DNA from: a virus
Lineage: Duplodnaviria; Caudoviricetes
Direction: 5' to 3' (one strand)
Virus record (IMG/VR): IMGVR_UViG_3300043427_002668
DNA: 64,000 nt
Made by a program: the position numbers and the translations under genes. The notes beneath the pieces are model-generated. The model ran no database searches. It worked only from the letters and a program-made list of their open reading frames with translations, and had not been told where the DNA came from. This document shows, one piece after another, positions 8,151-16,550 of the stretch (position 1 is its first letter; each line of letters begins with the position of its first letter).

Positions 8151-8522
8151 ATGAAAGTTTGTTCTAAGTGTAATCAATCTCTACCAGAAAGTTCTTTTCA
8201 TAAACGAACTTATTCTTCTGGTAGTGTTGGGTTGCAACCAAAATGTAAAAAGTGTTCTACTGAAAATCGTAGGCAATACTATAAACCTCACGAATTTATG
8301 CGTAGGAAGTTCAAACTTACCGAACAGCAATACGCAGAACTTATGAAAAATGAGAACTGTCAGATATGTAATGTGGAACTAACAAAGAAATGTATAGACC
8401 ACTGCCACTCTACAAATAAGGTTCGCGGTGTCCTCTGCAATAACTGCAATACTGCACTGGGTCTTGTTGGAGATAATATTCAAACACTTCAAAAAATGAT
8501 TGAATATCTAAATGCTTATTGA
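8151..8522 (+). mobile_element. free-standing homing endonuclease, EndoVII fold (F-CphI-like)
   Basis: CSKC/CKKC zinc pairs, CQIC, IDHCH, VRGVLCNNCNTALG; located directly downstream of psbA like F-CphI of S-PM2. Confidence 0.8.
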
Positions 8523-8575
8523 TATAAAACTTAATAACTGATATAATTAAGAGGGTATAACAACCCTCTTTTTTT

Positions 8576-8848
8576 ATGCTTTATCTTTTCTCAAAAACGG
8601 AATGCGGTCCTTGTATTCTAGTCAAAAAGTATTTCAAAACGATGAATGACCCAAGGACAGAACAAATTAAAGAAATTCTTCTTGATGATGGATGTGCCGA
8701 AGAAGATCTTCAATTTGCTAAAAAATATGGAGTTACCGCAACTCCTACTCTTCTAGTCATTAAAGATGATGAAGTAATCGAAGAGTATATTGGTGGAGTT
8801 CCTATTACACAGAACATTACCAAGATTTTAGGTAACTATACTGATTGA
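8576..8848 (+). CDS. thioredoxin-fold protein
   Basis: CGPC active site and YGVTATPTL. Promoter TTGATA-17-TATAAT at 8519-8547. Confidence 0.85.
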   Translation: MLYLFSKTECGPCILVKKYFKTMNDPRTEQIKEILLDDGCAEEDLQFAKKYGVTATPTLLVIKDDEVIEEYIGGVPITQNITKILGNYTD

Positions 8849-8878
8849 CTTCCTGATTAAGAAACATTACAATAAATA
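8845..8878 (+). promoter_or_regulatory. psbD promoter (sigma70 plus late-type)
   Basis: TTGACT-17-TACAAT with overlapping ATAAATA. Confidence 0.75.
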
Positions 8879-8901
8879 TTACAAATCATTACGGAGGATT
8901 G

Positions 8902-9963
8902 ATGGTTTCGTCAACACTTTCACAACCAATTTCACAAAGGGGGTGGTTCGATGTCTTGGATGACTGGCTTAAACGAGATCGCTTTGTATTTGTGGGCTGG
9001 TCTGGACTACTTCTTTTTCCCACTGCTTATTTGGCCCTTGGTGGCTGGCTTACTGGCACAACGTTTGTTACAAGCTGGTACACCCACGGGTTGGCGTCTA
9101 GTTACCTTGAGGGTGCTAATTTCCTCACAGCAGCTGTTTCGACGCCTGCAGATGCTATGGGTCATTCTCTTCTTCTACTTTGGGGTCCTGAGTCTCAAGG
9201 GGATTTCGTCAGGTGGTGCCAACTTGGGGGACTCTGGACTTTTGTGGCGCTCCACGGAGCCTTCGCTCTTATAGGTTTTATGCTTCGACAGTTTGAGATT
9301 GCTCGTCTTGTAGGCATCCGTCCTTACAATGCAATCGCATTCTCTGGTCCTATCGCTGTATTTGTTTCTGTATTCCTGATGTATCCACTGGGTCAATCCA
9401 GTTGGTTCTTTGCTCCATCCTTTGGTGTTGCTGCTATCTTTAGGTTCCTTCTGTTTCTTCAGGGTTTCCACAACTGGACCCTCAACCCCTTCCATATGAT
9501 GGGAGTTGCTGGTATACTGGGTGGAGCACTGCTCTGTGCGATTCATGGAGCAACTGTAGAAAATACATTATTTGAAGATGGCGAACAAGCAAACACTTTC
9601 AAGGCATTTGAACCGACTCAAGAGGAAGAGACTTATTCGATGGTTACTGCAAACCGATTCTGGTCGCAGATTTTTGGAATTGCTTTTTCCAATAAGCGTT
9701 GGTTACATTTTTTCATGCTTTTTGTTCCCGTTATGGGTCTCTGGACTAGTTCTATTGGCATTATTGGTTTGGCTCTCAATCTTAGGGCCTATGATTTTGT
9801 AAGTCAGGAAATTCGTGCTGCGGAAGACCCGGAATTTGAGACATTTTACACAAAAAATATATTATTAAACGAAGGCCTCCGTGCTTGGATGGCTCCTACA
9901 GATCAACCTCACGAAAACTTCCAGTTTCCTGATGAAATATTGCCGCGAGGAAATGCTTTATGA
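8902..9963 (+). CDS. psbD: photosystem II D2 protein
   Basis: Full D2 ending PRGNAL; GGAGG RBS (start at 8899 TTG or 8902 ATG). Confidence 0.99.
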   Translation: MVSSTLSQPISQRGWFDVLDDWLKRDRFVFVGWSGLLLFPTAYLALGGWLTGTTFVTSWYTHGLASSYLEGANFLTAAVSTPADAMGHSLLLLWGPESQGDFVRWCQLGGLWTFVALHGAFALIGFMLRQFEIARLVGIRPYNAIAFSGPIAVFVSVFLMYPLGQSSWFFAPSFGVAAIFRFLLFLQGFHNWTLNPFHMMGVAGILGGALLCAIHGATVENTLFEDGEQANTFKAFEPTQEEETYSMVTANRFWSQIFGIAFSNKRWLHFFMLFVPVMGLWTSSIGIIGLALNLRAYDFVSQEIRAAEDPEFETFYTKNILLNEGLRAWMAPTDQPHENFQFPDEILPRGNAL

Positions 9964-9986
9964 TATAATTAGTATTACTTGCGGTA

Positions 9987-10571
9987 ATGCTAATGGTTTG
10001 GAATAAAGGATTAAAAAATGACCCCCGATTAAAAGGGGGTCGCCCTAAATCAAGTCTCTCATATGTCGGTCAGACTTGTGGGAGACTTACTATTTTAGAA
10101 CAGTATAGTGATAAGAAAAGCATTTATTTTAAATGTGAGTGTGAATGTGGTAATATAAAGGACAAAATTCGTAAGGATTATATAATAGGATCTAAAGCAG
10201 AAATAAAATCTTGTGGATGTAGATTAAAAGAACTTCATCAAGAAAGGAGGGAGAAAGGTATTGATGAAGTATCTGCCATGTGGTCTAGAGCAAAATATAG
10301 AGCAAAGCAGAAAGGATTAGACTTCGCAATAGAACAAAAAGATATTATTATTCCAGATAAGTGTCCTCTTCTTGGAATACCATTAGAATGTCATCGTGGT
10401 AAGGGAAGTCAGCAAGGAAATTCTCCATCTTTAGATCGTATTGACCCCTCAAAGGGATACATAAAAGGTAATGTGTGGGTCATAAGTAATAGAGCAAACA
10501 CTCTCAAAAATGACGCCACCCTACAAGAACTTCAAACACTTTTAGAAAACCTCAAATTTTATGTCTCATAA
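9987..10571 (+). mobile_element. free-standing HNH-like homing endonuclease
   Basis: WNKG N-terminus, GRLT...CECECGN...SCGC, and C-terminal SLDRIDPSKGYIKGNVWVISNRAN. Confidence 0.75.
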
Positions 10572-10680
10572 CCGCGATTACGAACCTATGGAGCCCTGGG
10601 TGGTTTGGGCTGGTGTAGGAATTATGATATTTACAGTTATTGTGTTTGTTGTATTCACTCTTTCGATGATGTACTTTTAA
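10561..10680 (+). CDS. 39-aa membrane peptide (not in ORF track)
   Basis: MSHNRDYEPMEPWVVWAGVGIMIFTVIVFVVFTLSMMYF; a 21-aa hydrophobic ORF follows at 10685..10750. Confidence 0.5.
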   Translation: MSHNRDYEPMEPWVVWAGVGIMIFTVIVFVVFTLSMMYF

Positions 10681-10805
10681 GCATATGTTCTTCATCCTTA
10701 CAGTCTTCATACTCTTTGGTATCTTTATGTTTGTAATTTCATTCATATGATATTGACAACTATGCAAAAATCGCATAGAATATCAACACTTCCCACAAAT
10801 GGGAC

Positions 10806-10834
10806 TTGCGCTATATCTAAAGGTTTGTTATACT
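10806..10834 (+). promoter_or_regulatory. sigma70-type early promoter
   Basis: TTGCGC-17-TATACT with TG extension. Confidence 0.65.
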
Positions 10835-10891
10835 ATGGTCAAGAAAGGGCACCAAGTGTAGTGTCTTTTTTATGTCCTTTACGATAAAAAA

Positions 10892-11317
10892 ATGAAACCT
10901 TTTTCATATTATCAAGAGACTTCGGTATCAATACCAAAGAAAGACGATTATATGACCATCTATTATTACCGAAAGGGAGTAATGGTAGGAATGAAAAGAC
11001 AGTTTGAAGATGATTTTGAACCTCCAAAGGGATGTGTAGAAGAGAAGGTTCTTGATGAGGTTTCATTTAATGCTCATATGAAACATTATCATGAAGAAAA
11101 CAAAAGATTGCAGGATGAGTTTCGTAGAGATCTCATTGAAGAATATGGAATGACAGGGCATCCAAAAGCAGATAAGATTTTTAATAAGGCTTGGGATATG
11201 GGATGCTCTTTGGGTTATCAAGCAATTCAAGATTACTTTGAAGATCTTGTAGAACTATTTGATAAAGAACTGGTGATTGACGAAAGCACAAATCTTTTTG
11301 AAGTAATGGTCAATTGA
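10892..11317 (+). CDS. hypothetical protein
   Basis: 141-aa ORF with phage-like codon usage. Confidence 0.75.
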   Translation: MKPFSYYQETSVSIPKKDDYMTIYYYRKGVMVGMKRQFEDDFEPPKGCVEEKVLDEVSFNAHMKHYHEENKRLQDEFRRDLIEEYGMTGHPKADKIFNKAWDMGCSLGYQAIQDYFEDLVELFDKELVIDESTNLFEVMVN

Positions 11318-11517
11318 TATGGAAAAAAAAACAAAAAGAAATTGTTAGAACCCTTCAAGTTCTATTATGGTTATGGTTTGGTGTTATGACTTCATTTGTT
11401 TCAACTAATGTTGTAAATATTGCAAGACTTGAAACTGAAGTAAAAGTCCTTCACAAGGACATAGAAGATTTACAAAATCGCATTATATCCTTAAAGCAAC
11501 ATACTACATCAAAATAA
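11314..11517 (+). CDS. small membrane/coiled-coil protein
   Basis: TM segment followed by a heptad region; start uncertain. Confidence 0.55.
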   Translation: MIWKKKQKEIVRTLQVLLWLWFGVMTSFVSTNVVNIARLETEVKVLHKDIEDLQNRIISLKQHTTSK

Positions 11518-11521
11518 AATT

Positions 11522-11833
11522 ATGTCTCTTACTATTGAACAAATCGAACAACAGATTTCGGATCTCCAAAAAACTTTGGATGAACTGAAAAACCAAAAAC
11601 TCAAAGTATCCCGACACTTCTCTGGGCAATACTTTGAACCTTATCAAGGTAGACTGTATAGGCGAATGGAATCTGACGGAGTACCTCTTTGGGAAACCTA
11701 TCTTGATATTAAAAAAGAATGGGTTATTCTTGATGCAAAAGAAATGATGGAACTTGAAAAGACTTATTTAAATGATTGTGTTTCCTTGAATAAGGAACCT
11801 TCTTCAGAAAGTCTTGAAGAATTTATGAAATAA
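11522..11833 (+). CDS. hypothetical protein
   Basis: 103-aa ORF with N-terminal coiled coil. Confidence 0.7.
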   Translation: MSLTIEQIEQQISDLQKTLDELKNQKLKVSRHFSGQYFEPYQGRLYRRMESDGVPLWETYLDIKKEWVILDAKEMMELEKTYLNDCVSLNKEPSSESLEEFMK

Positions 11834-11838
11834 AAAAT

Positions 11839-11870
11839 AAAGAGTGGTGCTGTAGCATCACTCTTTTAAA
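11839..11870. terminator. bidirectional terminator between convergent units
   Basis: A-run, AAAGAGTGGTGC-tgta-GCATCACTCTTT, T-run. Confidence 0.8.
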
Positions 11871-11873
11871 GTA

Positions 11874-12152
11874 TTAAGATACTGGAGGAATTGGTTCTAT
11901 TATCGGAACAACATCTGGTGGATTCTTAGAAGATTCTGGAGCAGGATGCATTGATTGATTAATCACAGAATCCTGAATTACATCAGTCATATCTCCAAAG
12001 TTATTAATACTTTGATCTACATCTGCAATCTGACTATCAATTATATTTTTTTGATAGTTGTAGTATGGATTGTAATAATATCTTCTATAATAATAAGGAT
12101 CAATATTATAATATCTCATATAATAAGGATATGGTTGATAGTGGTATTGCAT
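11874..12152 (-). CDS. 92-aa protein with Tyr-rich N-terminus
   Basis: MQYHYQPYPYYMRYYNIDPYYYRRYYYNPYYNY... has 16 Tyr in the first 33 aa; AGGAG RBS before ATG 12152. Confidence 0.75.
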   Translation of the reverse strand: MQYHYQPYPYYMRYYNIDPYYYRRYYYNPYYNYQKNIIDSQIADVDQSINNFGDMTDVIQDSVINQSMHPAPESSKNPPDVVPIIEPIPPVS

Positions 12153-12166
12153 TTTGAATCTCCTAC

Positions 12167-12304
12167 TTAGTAAGGATAGTACGGATAATAAGGATAATAA
12201 GGGCAATATCTATCGTAGTAAGGATAACGCCCATAATAATAAGGATCATAGTAGTCATAGTATCTTCTATGGCAATATGGGTAGTAAGGTCTCGGATAGT
12301 ACAT
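12167..12304 (-). CDS. 45-aa Tyr/Pro/Arg-rich peptide (51% Tyr)
   Basis: MYYPRPYYPYCHRRYYDYYDPYYYGRYPYYDRYCPYYPYYPYYPY; AGGAG RBS at 12311-15. Confidence 0.75.
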   Translation of the reverse strand: MYYPRPYYPYCHRRYYDYYDPYYYGRYPYYDRYCPYYPYYPYYPY

Positions 12305-13049
12305 TTGAGTCTCCTGTTTGGTTGGATATGTCAAAAGTCCAAATGTCGTATCCTTCTTGTTTGAGGTATTCAAAAGGAATCCAACAGTATCCCTTATCCC
12401 CCCAGCTAGTTCCAAAACTATTCTTTGCTAAGAATAATCTCTTTTCTAAATCATAACCAACCATACACATTGCGTGTCCACCAAGACTTTTTTCTTTTCT
12501 GGAAGGAAAATGTATAGTAGAAATACGTTCATTTAGATCCATAAAACTATCATAAATTTGCATTCCAAATACAACAGGTTTGTTGTTATTCAGCACTTCA
12601 GTAATATAATAAGCACTGATAAGTTTTTGATACTTTAGAACTGTTCTTTTCTTTGCGTCCTCATAGCATTCATCTGTTGGACGATCATCAAACTTGTCTA
12701 AATCATAAGGCCACAAAGATTCAGAACAAACTCCAAACTTTGCTAACGATTTCAAACCATCTCTGAGATAGATTCCATTATCTTCCTGAATATTTCCATA
12801 CTCAGCACGGGTGTTATAGTAAATAAACAACCGACTGAGATGTGTGAAATACTCTGGATATAATTGGTTTACTGATAGTTCATATGCATTAGTGAGTGCA
12901 TTGGAAGAACAACTGCTTAATGAATCTTGCGATTCAACAATCGTATCCCACTCACGAAGATCTACATATTCCCGAAAGGAACTTGTACTATCACTTCTAT
13001 AAATGTAATCTCTTTCATCTGGTTTAGATGGTTTGATGTTGAAGTTCAT
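12267..13049 (-). CDS. papain-like cysteine peptidase (C1A)
   Basis: Q-x5-C (QDSLSSCSSNA), GHAMCMVGY, KNSFGTSWGDKGY. Confidence 0.9.
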   Translation of the reverse strand: MNFNIKPSKPDERDYIYRSDSTSSFREYVDLREWDTIVESQDSLSSCSSNALTNAYELSVNQLYPEYFTHLSRLFIYYNTRAEYGNIQEDNGIYLRDGLKSLAKFGVCSESLWPYDLDKFDDRPTDECYEDAKKRTVLKYQKLISAYYITEVLNNNKPVVFGMQIYDSFMDLNERISTIHFPSRKEKSLGGHAMCMVGYDLEKRLFLAKNSFGTSWGDKGYCWIPFEYLKQEGYDIWTFDISNQTGDSNVLSETLLPILP

Positions 13050-13051
13050 TG

Positions 13052-13696
13052 TTATAATTTTGCTGAGATAATATACCAATCCCCTTCACGACAAAAAACA
13101 GTGATAACGCCATAAGGTGTAGTGATGATGTAATCATCAGCACCATCAATCAATGCTCCATCGGAAGTTGTGACGGTAACTTTACGATTTCCTAGTGGTG
13201 GTCCCATTTCTGCTTTTACAATGATCTCACAACAATCGGTACAGTTTTCAGGTAATGTAATAGTAACAGGTTCGTTGCTGTTGACGCCGATATAGTAATC
13301 ATCGCAAGTAGCAGCATAATCATCTGAAACCAAGATGCTTTTGCATTTGCAGGTACACACTCCTGGTTCCCCTGGGGGCCCCTGTGGTCCTGGTGGTCCT
13401 TGCTCCCCTGGAGGACCTTGTTCTCCTGCTTCTCCTGGTTCTCCTTGGGGTCCTGGAGGTCCTGGTGGTCCCTGCTCTCCTGGAGGTCCTGGTGGACCTG
13501 GAGGGCACTCATCGGGGCAGTTATCACCATCTATGACAATATTAATGTTGTCATTTCCACCACCACGACTATTCAGCATCTCCGTGATTTCTGCACGAAT
13601 AGACTGAATGTTTCCAAACAGATTTGGATCATTACTTCTCTGGTATTGTGCCAGAAGATTGTAAAGATCAATAAGTCTTCTTTCTGCTGAGTCCAT
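13052..13696 (-). CDS. collagen-like, Cys-rich protein
   Basis: About 15 Gly-X-Y triplets flanked by CPDEC and CTCKC; 10 Cys; beta-rich C-terminal domain; AGGAG RBS. Confidence 0.85.
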   Translation of the reverse strand: MDSAERRLIDLYNLLAQYQRSNDPNLFGNIQSIRAEITEMLNSRGGGNDNINIVIDGDNCPDECPPGPPGPPGEQGPPGPPGPQGEPGEAGEQGPPGEQGPPGPQGPPGEPGVCTCKCKSILVSDDYAATCDDYYIGVNSNEPVTITLPENCTDCCEIIVKAEMGPPLGNRKVTVTTSDGALIDGADDYIITTPYGVITVFCREGDWYIISAKL

Positions 13697-13710
13697 AGTT
13701 ACTCTCCTTT

Positions 13711-13744
13711 AAAAGAAGGGGGAGGAAGGTAAAAACCTCCCCCT
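13711..13744 (-). terminator. intra-operon intrinsic terminator
   Basis: Minus strand AGGGGGAGG-loop-CCTCCCCCT followed by TCTTTT. Confidence 0.75.
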
Positions 13745-13762
13745 GATAACTACTGAACTAAA

Positions 13763-14590
13763 TCAGCGTACAGCATTGCTGGTTGATGACTGACCAACAC
13801 CAGCCATGGTTCCGAAGTTAACCATACCCTGACGGGTCTCAGCAATCTGACTGTTTAAAGCATTTAACTGAGAGTTAACTTGTGAAGACAGTGCTGCGAA
13901 CTGGCTATTGAAGAGACCATCTCTGGCACCCCAATAGTCGTGGCGGCAGTGGTTGAGGTCAGTGTTACGCTCAATCAGCATACGATTGAGTTCATCATTC
14001 TTGAGAGAATTGATGAGGTCACGGGTCTTCTCATTTTCATAAGAAACCTGCTTGCTGAGATCATACTTGCTCTCAGCAATCTCTTTGCTGAGTTGTGACT
14101 GTCCAAGTGCTACAGCAGCAGCAACCTTAGCGGACTCAAGTGCAGCAGCAGTAGCAGTCTTCTCAGTGGCAAGAAGAATTTCACTGCTGAGTTTCTGAGC
14201 AGCAAGGTCTTGAGTTGCTCTTAAAGCAGCAAGATCACGGGATTGATCAAAATCTCTTGCCTGACCAGAAATATAGAAATCAGTAGCTCTTTGCTGAATT
14301 TTATCAGCAGCTTCGTCTACTTTAACTGCTGTGTTATGTCCTACGTTCAGAACATCACGGTTGGTTGCTTCTGAATGCTCAGCAATAGCGTATCTGGTAT
14401 CACCAAAACCATTTGCTAATTCTCTACGAATATCGCCTTGACCGATAGCATTAGCATAACGGTTGTCAGCGGAACGAGTAGCAACATCGTAACGGATCTC
14501 ACCACGCTCTACAGAACCTTCTCTACGGATGTCTGAGTGCTGTGCTGAGAGTGCTGCCCAAGGATCGGGCATATAAACTGGATCTGCCAT
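13763..14590 (-). CDS. 275-aa alpha-helical fibrous protein with 11-residue repeats
   Basis: D/E-x-R-R/Y at residues 20, 31, 42, 53 and 64; high-expression codon bias; AGGAG RBS. Confidence 0.85.
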   Translation of the reverse strand: MADPVYMPDPWAALSAQHSDIRREGSVERGEIRYDVATRSADNRYANAIGQGDIRRELANGFGDTRYAIAEHSEATNRDVLNVGHNTAVKVDEAADKIQQRATDFYISGQARDFDQSRDLAALRATQDLAAQKLSSEILLATEKTATAAALESAKVAAAVALGQSQLSKEIAESKYDLSKQVSYENEKTRDLINSLKNDELNRMLIERNTDLNHCRHDYWGARDGLFNSQFAALSSQVNSQLNALNSQIAETRQGMVNFGTMAGVGQSSTSNAVR

Positions 14591-14815
14591 TTTTTTCTCC
14601 TAAAGGTTAATCGGAGAGCAATACAATCCAATTCCTCCCTGACATAATGCCAGACGAATCGAGCCCACAGACGACCATAGGTGAATCGTCTGGGATTATT
14701 TCTCTTTGAAATCGGACTGTATTACCCGATTAGAGATGAAGCATTAATGAAAGAACCATTTTTGGAATCTTTTAGTAATACATCTTATCTCTAATGAGAG
14801 GATTGCTCCTCGCAA
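14591..14815 (-). other. long structured 5' leader
   Basis: About 220 nt non-coding between late promoter and ATG, with several hairpins including a GNRA loop. Confidence 0.55.
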
Positions 14816-14818
14816 GAT

Positions 14819-14825
14819 TATTTAT
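14819..14825 (-). promoter_or_regulatory. late-type promoter ATAAATA
   Basis: Forward TATTTAT. Confidence 0.6.
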
Positions 14826-14835
14826 GTAAATAAGA

Positions 14836-14979
14836 TTATAACCAAGAAATTTCTACTTCACGAGGAACTACTACAATTGATACTTCTGGAAGTTGAGATT
14901 TAGTATTTGCAAGTAAAGTTGCAATTTGTTCTGCAGTGTAAGTGTCTGGTACTTTAAGTACTAATGTTTTTGAATTCAT
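14836..14979 (-). CDS. 47-aa hypothetical protein (not in ORF track)
   Basis: MNSKTLVLKVPDTYTAEQIATLLANTKSQLPEVSIVVVPREVEISWL. Confidence 0.55.
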   Translation of the reverse strand: MNSKTLVLKVPDTYTAEQIATLLANTKSQLPEVSIVVVPREVEISWL

Positions 14980-15008
14980 AATTTTCAATAGAGTGTACAG
15001 ATTATATA

Positions 15009-15299
15009 TTAAGTTGAACGGTTTTTACGCTCACTTTGCCACTTTAAAAAACCTTCCATATTATTGGGATATTTTGGTTTCCCTCTACCTCTTGGTTTCT
15101 TCTGATTTTTCATTGCAATTTCATAGTTACTCCAACATAATTCAAGTTCTTCTGGACCATTATCGAAGTTATAAAAACCATCTATCCAAAAGTCAAACTG
15201 AGATTCGTTTTTCATATAATTGCACCACAATTTAAATGATGCAAATACGTATAACCATCCAAGTCTGAGTTTTGAAAAGAAGTCTTTGAGTGTAATCAT
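15009..15299 (-). CDS. hypothetical protein
   Basis: 96-aa ORF with AGGAG RBS. Confidence 0.65.
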   Translation of the reverse strand: MITLKDFFSKLRLGWLYVFASFKLWCNYMKNESQFDFWIDGFYNFDNGPEELELCWSNYEIAMKNQKKPRGRGKPKYPNNMEGFLKWQSERKNRST

Positions 15300-15400
15300 A
15301 GATACTCCTTTAAACTCAGTATTATATATTTGCAGATCAAAACATAACAGTGCATTATAGGTATAACTTCTTATAATTACTTATGAGTTCTTTTTCTTTT

Positions 15401-16063
15401 ATGAAGATCTTTTTAGACACAGCAGATGTTTCGTTAATTGGTTCAGCATATGATACTGGACTATTGGATGGAGTCACCACAAATCCCACTTTGATTCTTA
15501 AAAGTGGAAGACAATTAAAAGAAGTTATCGAAAATATATCACAAGCATTTCCAGAGTTAGAAAGCATTTCCGCAGAAGTTGTCGCAGATGAAGCAGAGGA
15601 AATGCTTTCACAAGCACAAAAGTATTACTCAATTGCACCAGCAGTTACAATCAAAGTTCCTTGTACTGTAGAAGGACTGAAAGCGTGTAACTTCTTATCA
15701 AAGCAAGGTATCAAAACAAATGTAACTCTGGTGTTCTCTGTAGCACAAGCAATACTTGCTTCAAAGGCAGGAGCAACGTATATCTCACCATTCGTTGGTC
15801 GTTGGATGGATAATTCGATTGATGGTATTGAACTCATCAAGAATATTCGTAAAGCATTTGATTACTCAGGGACTAGCACACAGATTCTTGCAGCATCTCT
15901 TCGTGATGTGAGGCAGGTAGAACAATCCGCTCTTGCTGGTGCTGATGTAGTTACGATTCCTCCGACAGTATTTTGGGGAATGTATAAGAACATTATGACT
16001 GAAAAAGGTCTTGAATTGTTTCAAAAAGATTGGAATGAGGTACTAAAAAATGAAGAAGTTTAA
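15401..16063 (+). CDS. talC: transaldolase (TalC/MipB type)
   Basis: MKIFLDTAD, GVTTNPT, IKVP, TNVTLVFS, SPFVGR. Confidence 0.96.
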   Translation: MKIFLDTADVSLIGSAYDTGLLDGVTTNPTLILKSGRQLKEVIENISQAFPELESISAEVVADEAEEMLSQAQKYYSIAPAVTIKVPCTVEGLKACNFLSKQGIKTNVTLVFSVAQAILASKAGATYISPFVGRWMDNSIDGIELIKNIRKAFDYSGTSTQILAASLRDVRQVEQSALAGADVVTIPPTVFWGMYKNIMTEKGLELFQKDWNEVLKNEEV

Positions 16064-16550
16064 TAATTTTATTCTTAACATTACAATAGGAATTATTGAT
16101 TTTCTTTATTATGGATTACCAATTGAAAGGTTTTGGGTTCTTGAAACGATTGCAAGAGCGCCTTATTTTTCTTTTCTAAGTGTTCTTCATCTAAAAGAAT
16201 CACTGGGACTTAGAACAGAAGAGCATTATGATCTAATGAGAGAACACTTTGAGCAGACAGTCAATGAAACGGAACACCTCAGGGAAATGGAGTTACGTGG
16301 TGGAGCAGATCGCTGGTTTGATCGCTTTTTCGCTTATCATTTGGTTCTCATCTACTATTGGGTTATGGTTGTCTATTATCTTCTTGATCCTGTTTCTGCT
16401 TATCACCTGAATGCTGGTGTTGAACTTCATGCAACAGAAACATATCTAAACTATCTTTGGTTCCACCCAAAGGATGAAAAGATTTCTCAAATTGCTGTAG
16501 ATGAAATGAACCACTATATTGAACTTAAAAAAGCAATGGAGTTGGTATGA
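16050..16550 (+). CDS. ptox: plastoquinol terminal oxidase
   Basis: RFWVLETIARAPYF, NETEHL, VELHATETY, DEMNH di-iron motifs. Confidence 0.93.
   Translation: MKKFNNFILNITIGIIDFLYYGLPIERFWVLETIARAPYFSFLSVLHLKESLGLRTEEHYDLMREHFEQTVNETEHLREMELRGGADRWFDRFFAYHLVLIYYWVMVVYYLLDPVSAYHLNAGVELHATETYLNYLWFHPKDEKISQIAVDEMNHYIELKKAMELV

Noticed and set aside
11319-11331. A9 tract after an out-of-frame ATG as a phase-variation site
   Set aside because: The TTG at 11314 overlapping the upstream stop explains the ORF without slippage; it cannot be separated from a homopolymer error.
14775-14790. Met-Tyr-Tyr-stop micro-ORF in the leader of the Tyr-rich operon as an attenuator
   Set aside because: It has no convincing RBS or linked terminator, and it is expected by chance in AT-rich DNA.
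15361-15374. GTA-N8-TAT near the talC operon as an NtcA site
   Set aside because: The palindrome is imperfect and lies in very AT-rich sequence.
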